The translations under genes and the position numbers were made by a program. Under the pieces are notes generated by a model that saw only the letters and a list, made by a program, of their open reading frames with translations, ran no database searches and was not told where the DNA came from. From sequence record LR756501.1: 64,000 nt of DNA; one strand, given 5' to 3'. Shown here piece after piece: positions 1 to 9,159 of this stretch. The stretch's first letter is position 1. Every line of letters starts with the position of its first letter.

Positions 1-2
1 AT

Positions 3-980
3 ACCATCGATCGCACAGATAAATCACAAGACGTAGTCCACGTTATGGAAGGGGACATGGTGAAGACTGATGGTAAAACAACACTAGGTGCTGATGATAA
101 AGCTGGTGTAGCGATCATGTTATATATGATTGAAAAACAAATACCTGGTTTTTATTTATTCACAGTAGGTGAAGAAAAAGGTTGTGTTGGTTCATCTAAG
201 TTATCTGCAGCCTTGCAGACAAAAATGGATGATAAGTACAAAGGTATAAAAAAAATCGTTGCCTTCGACCGTTCGGGATATGATTCTGTTATTACACACC
301 AGATGGAGCAAAGATGTTGCTCTGACGAATTTGCCATAGCCTTAATTGCAGAATTAGGTAAAGCTGGATTAAAATATCAAATTGATACTGGTGGTTATTA
401 TTGTGATTCAGCAGAATTTGCTGATATTGTTTCAGAATGTACAAATATATCTGTTGGTTATTTCGAGCAACACAATTTTATAGAAAGACAAGATTTGGCT
501 TTCCTTGAAAGATTAGCAGAGGCTTGTTGCCAAGTTAACTGGAACAAATTACCAGCAAAAAGAGACCCAAAGAAAGTAGAATATATTGATAGTTATTATT
601 TTAGCAAAAAGAAAAGAGTAAGAGAAGGGGAAGAAGAAACAGAATTTGACGATTACGATTTTCATCCATTTGCAGTTGAAGATAATAAAGACGTAGAAGT
701 ATTCTATTTTGAAGATAAAAAGTTTAACTATATATCTGATATATCATACCTTAATGGTCAAATTATAGATGTTACATTAAGTCAAAAAAGGGTTGAATAC
801 GAACTTGAACTTATAACTACAGCAATGGAAGCCAATCAGGTGGCTTACGATTACGCTGTATGGGACGGGTTAATTTTAACCATTGAACTTGATAAACACG
901 AAACGAAGTTAACAAGAAATGATTTGTTAGAATATTGCCCCGAACTTGATATAGACGCGATAAAAAAGCAAAAAAAGTAA
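3..980 (+). CDS. M28/M20-like zinc peptidase, 5'-truncated by window edge
   Basis: Frame is open from nt 3; motifs GADDKAG, GEEKGCVGS, FDR, YYCDSAEF, TNISVGYFEQH; paralog at 53179-54672. Confidence 0.8.
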   Translation, partial: TIDRTDKSQDVVHVMEGDMVKTDGKTTLGADDKAGVAIMLYMIEKQIPGFYLFTVGEEKGCVGSSKLSAALQTKMDDKYKGIKKIVAFDRSGYDSVITHQMEQRCCSDEFAIALIAELGKAGLKYQIDTGGYYCDSAEFADIVSECTNISVGYFEQHNFIERQDLAFLERLAEACCQVNWNKLPAKRDPKKVEYIDSYYFSKKKRVREGEEETEFDDYDFHPFAVEDNKDVEVFYFEDKKFNYISDISYLNGQIIDVTLSQKRVEYELELITTAMEANQVAYDYAVWDGLILTIELDKHETKLTRNDLLEYCPELDIDAIKKQKK

Positions 981-998
981 AACAAGCCTGACCTTCTT

Positions 999-1007
999 TA
1001 ATATATA
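999..1007 (+). promoter_or_regulatory. TAATATATA box (putative phage late-type promoter)
   Basis: Recurrent motif, 17 nt upstream of ATG 1025. Confidence 0.45.
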
Positions 1008-1024
1008 AAAGAAAAAAGGACGTC

Positions 1025-1486
1025 ATGCTTGTATATCAATTAACAAACGCAAAGAGAGCATTAGATAATGTATCTAATTATCAAGGTTTAGAATTCGCCT
1101 ACGCTGTTTTCAAAAACAAACAACTTATAGATAATAAATTAATGGAAGTAGATTTCATTAAAAATGTTACCCCTGAAGTCATTGAATACGAAGAAAAAAG
1201 AGTAAAACTCTGTGAAGAATTCGCTAATAAAGACGATAAAGGGATGCCTATAATTGAAAAAGATCTTTATATTATAACAGATAAAGATACATTCAAAACA
1301 AAGATGGACGAATTATTAACACAATATAAACCATTTGTGGAAGAAAGACAAAGACAAATAGAATTGTTCAACGATAAAATGAATAGTCAAGTTGATTTCC
1401 AATTCATTAAAATTAAAAAGGAACAAATACCAGCACAAGTACAAACAGCTAGAGAGTTAGAAGAAATATCATTTATGATAGAATAA
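1025..1486 (+). CDS. hypothetical phage protein
   Basis: 153-aa ORF between ATATATA box and terminator. Confidence 0.7.
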   Translation: MLVYQLTNAKRALDNVSNYQGLEFAYAVFKNKQLIDNKLMEVDFIKNVTPEVIEYEEKRVKLCEEFANKDDKGMPIIEKDLYIITDKDTFKTKMDELLTQYKPFVEERQRQIELFNDKMNSQVDFQFIKIKKEQIPAQVQTARELEEISFMIE

Positions 1487-1510
1487 TTGTTACCAGGATG
1501 AAGATCAAGA

Positions 1511-1536
1511 AAAAACCAGTCATTTGACTGGTTTTT
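1511..1536. terminator. bidirectional intrinsic terminator
   Basis: AAAAACCAGTC-attt-GACTGGTTTTT between convergent genes. Confidence 0.8.
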
Positions 1537-1539
1537 CTT

Positions 1540-1797
1540 TTATATAGATGGTGGTTTAAAACCAGTGAGCGATAACAAATAGGAAAGTAAAAAAACTTGG
1601 GCGAAAAAAGACACCATTACTACAAAGGTGATAATATTTTCACTTTTTTTATCCATATTTGAATTAGGAAGTGCTTTATCCAGTATTTCAGTACATTTTG
1701 GTATAAATGTTGATAATACAGCCAATACTACTCCCACTAACAACCCTGGCACTGAGAAACAAGCTAGTAAGGTTAAAATTTCTTTTTTCTTAAACAT
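1540..1797 (-). CDS. small membrane protein
   Basis: 85 aa, two hydrophobic segments. Confidence 0.55.
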   Translation of the reverse strand: MFKKKEILTLLACFSVPGLLVGVVLAVLSTFIPKCTEILDKALPNSNMDKKSENIITFVVMVSFFAQVFLLSYLLSLTGFKPPSI

Positions 1798-1807
1798 AAT
1801 CTTTTAT

Positions 1808-2089
1808 TTAATTCATGTTCAACTCTCTCAATAACTTACTTACAAATTCTGCTGCATCCAAAGTTTCCTTATTTAGAGAAGCTTCGTATTCAGCTTTCTG
1901 TACAGCGTGTAGTAAATCTGGATAAATCAAAGTTCTAGTTGCCAATTGAACCTCATCAGCCAAAAGTTTTTCGTTATCAGTATGAAGAGCAGCAATCACA
2001 GAATATAGAATAGCAGCGACCTGAATATTGTCCTTCTCACACTTGGCAGCTAACTTATCTAACTTATCAATCAATTTTTCTTTATTCAT
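1808..2089 (-). CDS. hypothetical protein
   Basis: 93-aa ORF, start overlaps upstream stop (TAATG). Confidence 0.65.
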   Translation of the reverse strand: MNKEKLIDKLDKLAAKCEKDNIQVAAILYSVIAALHTDNEKLLADEVQLATRTLIYPDLLHAVQKAEYEASLNKETLDAAEFVSKLLRELNMN

Positions 2090-2724
2090 TAGTGAGTATA
2101 GTTTTTAGTTGGTTTTCTACATTTTAACTGACTCTTGGTATTGTTCTTCTCAGTTACACCTGGCTCAAGTCCTGCGTCTTTTCTTTTAAGAACAAGTCCC
2201 TCAAGCATATCGATTGTAACAAATTTATCCCAAAGTTCACCAAATCCTTTGTAGAAAGTCTTGGTTAAGAAGATGTTATCAGTAAGTTTGAATGAATAAT
2301 CGTTTTCTTCTGAAATTTTGTTTCTGAATAATTCTACCAGTAAATCCATTCTTTCCTGAAAGGTTGCACCAATGAGGTGATCGTTACTGATAACAAGAAT
2401 ATCAAAAATCATAAATTTGTTATTGAACACTTTACCTAATTCGTTCTTTTTAGAAGTGTTCATATATTCGCCAACAATAAGATGAGTACCAGGTAAATGT
2501 CCAATGAGACCACCCATTTCATCTTTTGTGATTTTAAATTCTGTAAGATCTCTGTGTCTGTTGTAGATTTTCCAAATATCTTCACCGTAATATACCTCTG
2601 TGCATTTCCCATTGAATTTGGGTTGTGCCATATAAACGCCGTTATCGAAAGTGTCCATCCCTGTACGGGGGAAACAGTTTTCTGGGCGAGGCGGAAAGAT
2701 ATATTTTGAAGGTTTGTAAATCAT
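2089..2724 (-). CDS. ATP-dependent ligase-like adenylation (nucleotidyltransferase) domain protein
   Basis: Motif I QPKFNG, motif III IVGEY, IIIa FMIFDIL, IV LEGLVLKR; no C-terminal OB domain. Confidence 0.75.
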   Translation of the reverse strand: MIYKPSKYIFPPRPENCFPRTGMDTFDNGVYMAQPKFNGKCTEVYYGEDIWKIYNRHRDLTEFKITKDEMGGLIGHLPGTHLIVGEYMNTSKKNELGKVFNNKFMIFDILVISNDHLIGATFQERMDLLVELFRNKISEENDYSFKLTDNIFLTKTFYKGFGELWDKFVTIDMLEGLVLKRKDAGLEPGVTEKNNTKSQLKCRKPTKNYTH

Positions 2725-2837
2725 TTGGATCCTTTTGGAGCACTTTCAAAGTCTTTATATCCCTGAACCTGTGCTAGATTATCATTTTCTACTTTTTCTT
2801 TATCTTTATTGATTACGATAGTAGTTTCTGTTTTCAT
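2721..2837 (-). CDS. small hypothetical protein (38 aa, MKTETTIVINKDKEKV...)
   Basis: Translated by hand; stop overlaps next ATG (ATGA). Confidence 0.45.
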   Translation of the reverse strand: MKTETTIVINKDKEKVENDNLAQVQGYKDFESAPKGSK

Positions 2838-2854
2838 AGGTTTGGAAAAATTAA

Positions 2855-2904
2855 AAGGGGTGAGTGGAATTGCCAGCCTGACGGCTTTTCCACTCAGTGC
2901 CCTT
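2855..2904. other. intergenic stem-loop
   Basis: TGAGTGGAA/TTCCACTCA stem with inner GCC/GGC and outer AAGGG/CCCTT pairs. Confidence 0.45.
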
Positions 2905-2914
2905 GATTCAGAAA

Positions 2915-3535
2915 TTAACCCTGTACTTTTGCCCCTTTCATTGCGAAGATAGGCTGGATGTCCCTGATGAAGTCGGCTACTTTACCCTTACCCCATGTGA
3001 AAGCTTTTTCGATTGAACCTTTGCTTACAGAGTAAGCCACTTTAGCCTGGATGAGTTCACCTTTGTCGTCGTCTGCGATATCAGGGCAGTGCTCAATCAA
3101 ATCCGAAAGAACTTCACCGTATTTATCAATCAGAGCGGCGTTGAGAACGAATTCGGTTTTTTCGGTTACTACGTCGTCACCGTAAGCGTCTTTGAGTTCG
3201 TTGAAACGGTTCTCATCACATTTGATGTATTTATCCATAGGGACAAACATAATCGAAGACTGTGAATCAGAAGAGAGAATGAAAGAACCAGGATAACCAC
3301 CAGTTTTAGCGTAAACGTCATTGAAAGTTTTTACACCAATTTCTTTCACAATACCCTTAGCCATTTCCAATTCAGCGGTAAGCTGATCAATCTGAGCCTC
3401 GAGCTGAGCCATCTTGGTAAGATTCTGATCAAATTCTGCACCCTTTACGGTTACATTCATTTTATCATTTTTCTTTTCGGCTTTTGCAGCTCCTTTTTCT
3501 TTAGCTTTTGCGAAGAGATTTCCTTTGGTTGCCAT
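2915..3535 (-). CDS. hypothetical protein (start MATKGNL)
   Basis: Start reassigned to 3535 because a TAnnTTTG box lies inside the track's upstream extension. Confidence 0.7.
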   Translation of the reverse strand: MATKGNLFAKAKEKGAAKAEKKNDKMNVTVKGAEFDQNLTKMAQLEAQIDQLTAELEMAKGIVKEIGVKTFNDVYAKTGGYPGSFILSSDSQSSIMFVPMDKYIKCDENRFNELKDAYGDDVVTEKTEFVLNAALIDKYGEVLSDLIEHCPDIADDDKGELIQAKVAYSVSKGSIEKAFTWGKGKVADFIRDIQPIFAMKGAKVQG

Positions 3536-3595
3536 TTTGTTTGGTTTTTTAAATGGGTTTATATTTTGAATAGTTTTTGTCTTAATTTGATAACA

Positions 3596-3603
3596 CAAAG
3601 ATA
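3596..3603 (-). promoter_or_regulatory. Bacteroidota-type -7 box TATCTTTG
   Basis: Matches TAnnTTTG, upstream of 3535. Confidence 0.55.
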
Positions 3604-3676
3604 CGCCAATGCCAGGACATAAAAAAATTACGCCAAACATTTTTTAGCAAGCAAATCAATGAGTTACAAAATATTT

Positions 3677-4468
3677 TTACTTCTTATCATATTTTGCGTT
3701 AAAGTCTTTATAGATGTTTCGCATTTCTTTAGTCATTCTTGCTACTATTGGAAAAGCCAACCAGTCAGGTACATCCTTGTAAAAAGGTTCAGCAATACTA
3801 CCAGCAATAGCTGCCATTGTATCACTATCACCACCCATAGATACACATATACGAATACAATCTTCGAAATCTACACTATCAAAAAAACATATAATTGACT
3901 CTGGTACAGAACCTTGGCAAGTTACGTCAAATCCGTAACCAGGCCTAATATCGTCTGAATGTCTATTAAGATCATATCCAAATGTATTCTCTACAAATAT
4001 TTTCATATCTTGTTTAGAATAACCTTTTCTAGCCATGAAAACACAGGCTGCTGTTGCTTGTGCCCCCTTAATTCCTTCAGGGTGATTATGAGTAACCTCA
4101 GCACTTTTCTTTGCGTTTTCTAAAACTTCTTCCATTGTTTCGTAAGCGTATCCAACAGGTGAAACTCTCATAGCGGATCCGTTACCAAAACTATTATATG
4201 GTACTGGATGATCTAAATACATCCATTCGTGAAAAGCTCCACCAAATCCGCTCATTGGATATTTTACGGCCCAATTCTGGTAATACTTTGTATAATCCAA
4301 AGTTGGATCGTTAAGAATGCAATCAGCGGTAGCAATTGTAAGCACTGTATCATCAGTGAATATACAATCATCCGTGAGTATTTCGAAATCTTTTTCTTTT
4401 GTTCTGTTGCCACGCATTTCAAAACGCGAACCAACAGTATCTCCTATAACTGTTCCTAATATTGCCAT
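3677..4468 (-). CDS. ADP-ribosylglycohydrolase (ARH/DraG family)
   Basis: GDTVGSRFE, FTDDT, SFGNGSAMRVSP, THNHPEG, GGDSDTMAAIAGS. Confidence 0.92.
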   Translation of the reverse strand: MAILGTVIGDTVGSRFEMRGNRTKEKDFEILTDDCIFTDDTVLTIATADCILNDPTLDYTKYYQNWAVKYPMSGFGGAFHEWMYLDHPVPYNSFGNGSAMRVSPVGYAYETMEEVLENAKKSAEVTHNHPEGIKGAQATAACVFMARKGYSKQDMKIFVENTFGYDLNRHSDDIRPGYGFDVTCQGSVPESIICFFDSVDFEDCIRICVSMGGDSDTMAAIAGSIAEPFYKDVPDWLAFPIVARMTKEMRNIYKDFNAKYDKK

Positions 4469-4484
4469 TTTCTTTTATTTATTT

Positions 4485-4892
4485 TTAGTCGAAATTTGGT
4501 TCTTCGTAGACAACTTTAGCTTTGGCATCTTGTTTTACACCATTTTTAAAGTAATATCTATCAGTGCCACTTTCTTCCCATTCTATATCTAACTGAAACA
4601 TAAGAGTTGGATATTTTTTTGAGAACTTCTGAATATCATCAGCAACGTCGTAACCACTACCACATTCCCTACCTTTACCAGTGTCCTCAAGTACAAAAGA
4701 ACAATCTTCGCTCGTTTTCCTAAGCTCGGCTATGATCTCTTTCTTATCAACAGGTGCTTGAATTATATCCAGTGGTGTTCCGCAGTCTGGACAGAATTTA
4801 CCAGATATCTGTATTTTACACGTGGGGCAAAATGTTACTGGTTTTGTAACTTCACCCTGTACCTTTAAACTAAAATAATTATCGTATCCCAT
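4485..4892 (-). CDS. zinc-ribbon hypothetical protein
   Basis: CPTC...CPDC. Confidence 0.65.
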   Translation of the reverse strand: MGYDNYFSLKVQGEVTKPVTFCPTCKIQISGKFCPDCGTPLDIIQAPVDKKEIIAELRKTSEDCSFVLEDTGKGRECGSGYDVADDIQKFSKKYPTLMFQLDIEWEESGTDRYYFKNGVKQDAKAKVVYEEPNFD

Positions 4893-4911
4893 TTTTTTAA
4901 ATTTTTAATTA

Positions 4912-5448
4912 TTATTTATCCCAATCTTCTTCCCCGTAGGGGTCTATTTCTTTTCTTAATTTAAACAAATTTATATTCACAAATTTAACACTATAATTAT
5001 TAAACACGTGAATAATAAACAGTACCATAAATACAAATAAAGCTATTACGTTACCTATAAAAATAATACAACAAAATATCGTAATAATCTGGTACCCTGC
5101 ACTAATCATTCCCATATCTTGATAAGTCATATTAAATGTTACTCTTTGTCCAACTTTTACAGAAAAATAAGTATCAGCGGTAACAAGAATCTCTTTAGTT
5201 TTTTCTACACTATCGAATTTCACAATAAGTTTTTTCTGTATAGAGTAAACATCATTACCCTTATCTCTAAGTTCGTCCTGATATCTATATTTTACAACGC
5301 CACTATAATCTTTTTTACCAACTATTTTTTCACATCTTTTACCTGTGAACATTATTACAGGCAATATGGTCACTAATAATATAGTAAACCATATTTTATT
5401 GATTTCAGGGAATTTACTTCCTATGTGTTTTAATACTATCTTGTACAT
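4912..5448 (-). CDS. membrane protein with C-terminal DPYGEEDW tag
   Basis: Two hydrophobic segments; ends EIDPYGEEDWDK. Confidence 0.7.
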   Translation of the reverse strand: MYKIVLKHIGSKFPEINKIWFTILLVTILPVIMFTGKRCEKIVGKKDYSGVVKYRYQDELRDKGNDVYSIQKKLIVKFDSVEKTKEILVTADTYFSVKVGQRVTFNMTYQDMGMISAGYQIITIFCCIIFIGNVIALFVFMVLFIIHVFNNYSVKFVNINLFKLRKEIDPYGEEDWDK

Positions 5449-5450
5449 AA

Positions 5451-5822
5451 TTAACTAAAATTACTAAATACAAACAACTTAGGTTCGTATTGAAATTCTT
5501 TATCCAACATATCCATAACAGTATAACCACCAAAGAGTTCAACGAACTTCTCTTTCACTTCATCGAAATTAGATTCTTCGTAATTGATTTCTTTAAATTC
5601 AAAACCTGTGTCGTCGTAAGCTCTAGCCAGTACTTTTCCAAATACGGCGTAGTCGCCACACATTTGGTCAATTATAATTGAGAAAACAACTCCTTTTCTT
5701 CCTTCAACGTATGGTAAGAATGTATCATCGTGCCAGTCTATATCTTTACCACTGATCACGCCCTTAAATCTATAAGGTAATTTATAACCTATGATTACAT
5801 AGTCTGTTCTATCTACTCCCAT
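5451..5822 (-). CDS. hypothetical protein
   Basis: 123-aa ORF; GGAGG 6 nt before ATG. Confidence 0.65.
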   Translation of the reverse strand: MGVDRTDYVIIGYKLPYRFKGVISGKDIDWHDDTFLPYVEGRKGVVFSIIIDQMCGDYAVFGKVLARAYDDTGFEFKEINYEESNFDEVKEKFVELFGGYTVMDMLDKEFQYEPKLFVFSNFS

Positions 5823-6018
5823 TTTCTTCCTCCAATTTTCCTTTTTTATACCATTTAACTGCTACTGTTTTTTCTGTTTGAAACAATGGATTTTTTGTTC
5901 CGTATCTTGGACAAATTTTTATTTCACTTATTGGTGTAAATTTTCTATACGACTCACGATTAGGCCATTCACAACACCCGCCAATCTCTGTATAATACCA
6001 ACATCGTTTACAATTCAT
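5809..6018 (-). CDS. Cys-rich small protein with AVKWYKKGKLE C-terminal motif
   Basis: 69 aa, coupled to both neighbours. Confidence 0.6.
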   Translation of the reverse strand: MNCKRCWYYTEIGGCCEWPNRESYRKFTPISEIKICPRYGTKNPLFQTEKTVAVKWYKKGKLEEENGSR

Positions 6019-6067
6019 CTGATTCCAATTTTCCTTTCTTATACCATTTAACTGCTAATGTTTTTTC
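5831..6067 (-). repeat. 44-nt direct repeat pair (5831-5874, 6024-6067)
   Basis: 42/44 identical; encodes KT(V/L)AVKWYKKGKLE. Confidence 0.85.
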
Positions 6068-6403
6068 TTCTTTTTCCTTAATATTACTTAAAGTGGCGTC
6101 AGATAAATCACCGAAAAATTCTTCCATTTCCTTTTTAGTACAAGTTGGTTTTTTAAAATCCTCCGCTTTTGAATATTCTGGAGTAGTCCAGAATGCCATA
6201 TAATCAATCCAAATAGCTTCATCTTTATGGCACCACTTCTTATCCCACTCACACCATACCGCATCTTCGATTAGTAAAAGATCTCCTTTGTAATCAATAA
6301 CATCTCCTCGTTGAATAGGTTTAGAAACCACTTCAGCACAGGGGTTTTTAGTTTCTTTTATACCAGGGTACTGGTATAAATCGTACATATCACGATGATT
6401 CAT
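6008..6403 (-). CDS. hypothetical protein with AVKWYKKGKLE C-terminal motif
   Basis: 131-aa ORF. Confidence 0.65.
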   Translation of the reverse strand: MNHRDMYDLYQYPGIKETKNPCAEVVSKPIQRGDVIDYKGDLLLIEDAVWCEWDKKWCHKDEAIWIDYMAFWTTPEYSKAEDFKKPTCTKKEMEEFFGDLSDATLSNIKEKEEKTLAVKWYKKGKLESDEL

Positions 6404-6735
6404 TTCATTAAAGTTTTTCTCAATGAATCTAATTCATCCCTTACTCCTACAATAATAGAAGCAAGAAGTTTAAAAAAGACTAAAACACAAACAATAATAG
6501 ATGCGAAGAAAGAAAATATAGACCATCCTATCTCACCACCTAAAGAGTAAATTCCAATTGGAACGCCTATAAGTAACAACAACGATCCAATAGCGTACAG
6601 GAGAATGTAAATGAACATATCTTGATAAAGATCAATGCCTTTAACAACTGTATTTCCAACACCAAGTGCTTTGCTATCTGTCTTGTGATTTTCAAGATAA
6701 CTTTTTGCTATAATTTTAGATAAAAATTTAATCAT
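6400..6735 (-). CDS. membrane protein
   Basis: Two hydrophobic segments. Confidence 0.6.
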   Translation of the reverse strand: MIKFLSKIIAKSYLENHKTDSKALGVGNTVVKGIDLYQDMFIYILLYAIGSLLLLIGVPIGIYSLGGEIGWSIFSFFASIIVCVLVFFKLLASIIVGVRDELDSLRKTLMK

Positions 6736-7596
6736 TTATTTTTCGTTTAAAAGTTGTGTTTTATAAGTTGATAACATATCCGCTTTTTCCTTTGGTAATA
6801 CAGGGTACTGTAAATCCAGTTCCTTCATCTTCTCGATGAGTATCTGCGAAACCAAAAGTCTTGCTAATTTTTTATTATTACCTGGAACTACATACCAAGG
6901 AGCCCTTTTAGTAGATGTTCCGTTAATCATATCTTCGTAAGCTTCCATGTAATTATCCCAGTAAGCCCTTTCTTTTAAATCAGCGTCAGAAAATTTCCAA
7001 TTCTTGGCTTTATCATCAATCCTAGCCAAAAGTCTTTTCTTCTGTTCATCCTTTGAAATGTTAAGAAAAATCTTAACTACCTCAATACCGTTCCTTGTAA
7101 GATGATTTTCAAAACAATTAATATCTTTATATCTTTCTTCCCAAATATCTTTGGTCACGAGATATGGATGAATTTTCTGTTTTTCAACAAGATTATGTAC
7201 CTTAACTACAAGTACTTCTTCATAATAGGAACGATTGAAGATACCAATGTTACCACGTTCTGGTGTAAGTTTCTGTGCTTTCCACAACCATGTGTGATCA
7301 AGGTCTTCAGCGGTTGGCTGTTTAAATGGGTAAACATTAGTAGCTTGAGGATTAAGTCCACTCATAACATGTTTAATAATACCATCTTTACCAGCAGTGT
7401 CCATGGCTTGGATTACAACCAGAATTCCATATTTATCCTGAGCGTAAAGCATATCCTGCATAAGAGCAAGATCTGCAACGTGATCAGTTAATTTTTGTTC
7501 AATCTCTTCTTTTTGAAGATCAGATTTAAGTTCTGTTTCAAAATCCTTAATCCTAAATTTGTCTTCACCTGTAATCCGAAAGTCTTTAGTTTTCAT
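6736..7596 (-). CDS. ppk2: polyphosphate kinase 2 family protein
   Basis: QAMDTAGKDG (Walker A), FKQPT, FNRSYYEEVL, NWKFSDAD; start set at ATGA overlap 7596. Confidence 0.93.
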   Translation of the reverse strand: MKTKDFRITGEDKFRIKDFETELKSDLQKEEIEQKLTDHVADLALMQDMLYAQDKYGILVVIQAMDTAGKDGIIKHVMSGLNPQATNVYPFKQPTAEDLDHTWLWKAQKLTPERGNIGIFNRSYYEEVLVVKVHNLVEKQKIHPYLVTKDIWEERYKDINCFENHLTRNGIEVVKIFLNISKDEQKKRLLARIDDKAKNWKFSDADLKERAYWDNYMEAYEDMINGTSTKRAPWYVVPGNNKKLARLLVSQILIEKMKELDLQYPVLPKEKADMLSTYKTQLLNEK

Positions 7597-7847
7597 TTCC
7601 ACCCACATTGTTTAAATAATTTATAATATCTATTTCCATTCATAAAATTTATCTGAAGCCTACCTGGTTCAGTCTTAATACCAAATATTAAATTCTTCGG
7701 ATTCTTTATATTCGCTACCAGTATAGCGTCAAAGATTCTTCTTTGCACGACGTCTTCGTTCAGACGAACGTCAATGACTACTTTTTCTTCGCCATCATCG
7801 TTTACTTCAAAACGAACAAACTTGCCAGTAAATAAATTTATTTCCAT
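7593..7847 (-). CDS. hypothetical protein
   Basis: 84-aa ORF coupled to ppk2. Confidence 0.55.
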   Translation of the reverse strand: MEINLFTGKFVRFEVNDDGEEKVVIDVRLNEDVVQRRIFDAILVANIKNPKNLIFGIKTEPGRLQINFMNGNRYYKLFKQCGWK

Positions 7848-8083
7848 ATAAGAATTGCTAACATTAACAAGAAAGCTAATATAGATATAATTAAAGATAA
7901 TCTCGATGTTCTAAACGTTTTATAAGAACGTCCGCCTGGTCCCCATATTCCGTTATGTGTATAAGTGTACCAAAATTCCAACCATCTCCAATTGTTCCAG
8001 AACCACCTTATCTTTCTTTTTTCTTTAGGTGGTTTAAAAGTTTTGAATTTTATTTTTTCTATATCGTAATTCTTGATTGGCAT
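7838..8083 (-). CDS. small Trp-rich membrane protein
   Basis: C-terminal hydrophobic helix; TAATG overlap with prs. Confidence 0.55.
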   Translation of the reverse strand: MPIKNYDIEKIKFKTFKPPKEKRKIRWFWNNWRWLEFWYTYTHNGIWGPGGRSYKTFRTSRLSLIISILAFLLMLAILIWK

Positions 8084-9027
8084 TATTTCTTACCGTTTAA
8101 GAATAATTTGCTAATTGACCTGTAATCAACAATGTTCCTGATAGCTCTTGATAAAAGAGTACCTACTGAGATAACTGTAATCTTATCACATTTTTCTTTC
8201 AGAGCAATTGTATCAGTAACAATAAGTTCTGTTAAGGCAGACTTTGTTATGTTCTCATACGCGTGTCCACTCATAACTGGGTGAGTACAGACGGCTCTTA
8301 CACTTAAAGCTCCTTTTTCCATCATTAGAGCTGCACATCTACAAAGAGTACCACCAGTATCGATAATATCATCTACGATGATTACGTGTTTACCTTTAAC
8401 GTCACCGATAAGTAACATTTCATCTATCTCATTGGCTTTTGAGCGATGTTTATAACAGATAACCATTTCTGCACCAAGATGGTTGGCTAAATGTTTTGCT
8501 TTTTTAGTTCCACCAAGGTCTGGTGAAGCCACTACTATATTTTCTAAACCTAAACTTTTGAGATAAGGTACGAAAACGTATGAAGCGTATAATTGATCAA
8601 CTTTAATATCAAAGAATCCAACGATTTGGTCGGCGTGAAGGTCGATAGTTATAACTCTTGTTGCACCAGCGCTTTCGAGAAATTTTGCGATTAATTTAGC
8701 ACTGATACCAACTCTTGGCTGGTCTTTACGATCTTGTCTACCGTAACCATAGTAAGGGATAACAGCTACAATTTCTTTAGCTGATGCTTTCTTGGCTGCG
8801 TCTACCATTTGGAAGAGCTCCCAGTAGTTTTCAAATGGAGCTTGACCTGATTGAATCAGGAACACTTTTCTACCTCTAATGTTTTCTTTAAAGACTGGAA
8901 GAATTTCCCCATCAGAGAACTTCTGAAGTTCGTATTGTCCCAATCCTATTTTCAGGTTTCTAGCCACAATTTTGGCTAATTCAGTGCTACCACTACCCGC
9001 GAAAATCTTAACCTTTTTCTTATTCAT
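8083..9027 (-). CDS. prs: ribose-phosphate pyrophosphokinase
   Basis: FSDGE, YGRQDRK, DLHA, SPDLGG, DDIIDTGGT; start MNKKK. Confidence 0.95.
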   Translation of the reverse strand: MNKKKVKIFAGSGSTELAKIVARNLKIGLGQYELQKFSDGEILPVFKENIRGRKVFLIQSGQAPFENYWELFQMVDAAKKASAKEIVAVIPYYGYGRQDRKDQPRVGISAKLIAKFLESAGATRVITIDLHADQIVGFFDIKVDQLYASYVFVPYLKSLGLENIVVASPDLGGTKKAKHLANHLGAEMVICYKHRSKANEIDEMLLIGDVKGKHVIIVDDIIDTGGTLCRCAALMMEKGALSVRAVCTHPVMSGHAYENITKSALTELIVTDTIALKEKCDKITVISVGTLLSRAIRNIVDYRSISKLFLNGKK

Positions 9028-9077
9028 AAAGTGTGTTTTTGATTTATACTCAAAAAACTGAACTTTGTTTCCAAACA

Positions 9078-9085
9078 CAAAGATA
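9078..9085 (-). promoter_or_regulatory. Bacteroidota-type -7 box TATCTTTG
   Basis: TAnnTTTG upstream of prs. Confidence 0.55.
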
Positions 9086-9128
9086 AAAATAAATTTTAAT
9101 ATAAAAAATTAATTGAACTAGTATCTTT

Positions 9129-9137
9129 TAATATATA
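9129..9137 (+). promoter_or_regulatory. TAATATATA box
   Basis: 22 nt upstream of ATG 9160. Confidence 0.45.
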
Positions 9138-9159
9138 TCAATAAAATTACAAAGTAACA

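Noticed and set aside
8083-9027. Prs as the Adps of a NARP1 NAD-reconstitution pathway
   Set aside because: Motifs look like canonical Prs and no Nampt/Namat-like partner is in the window.
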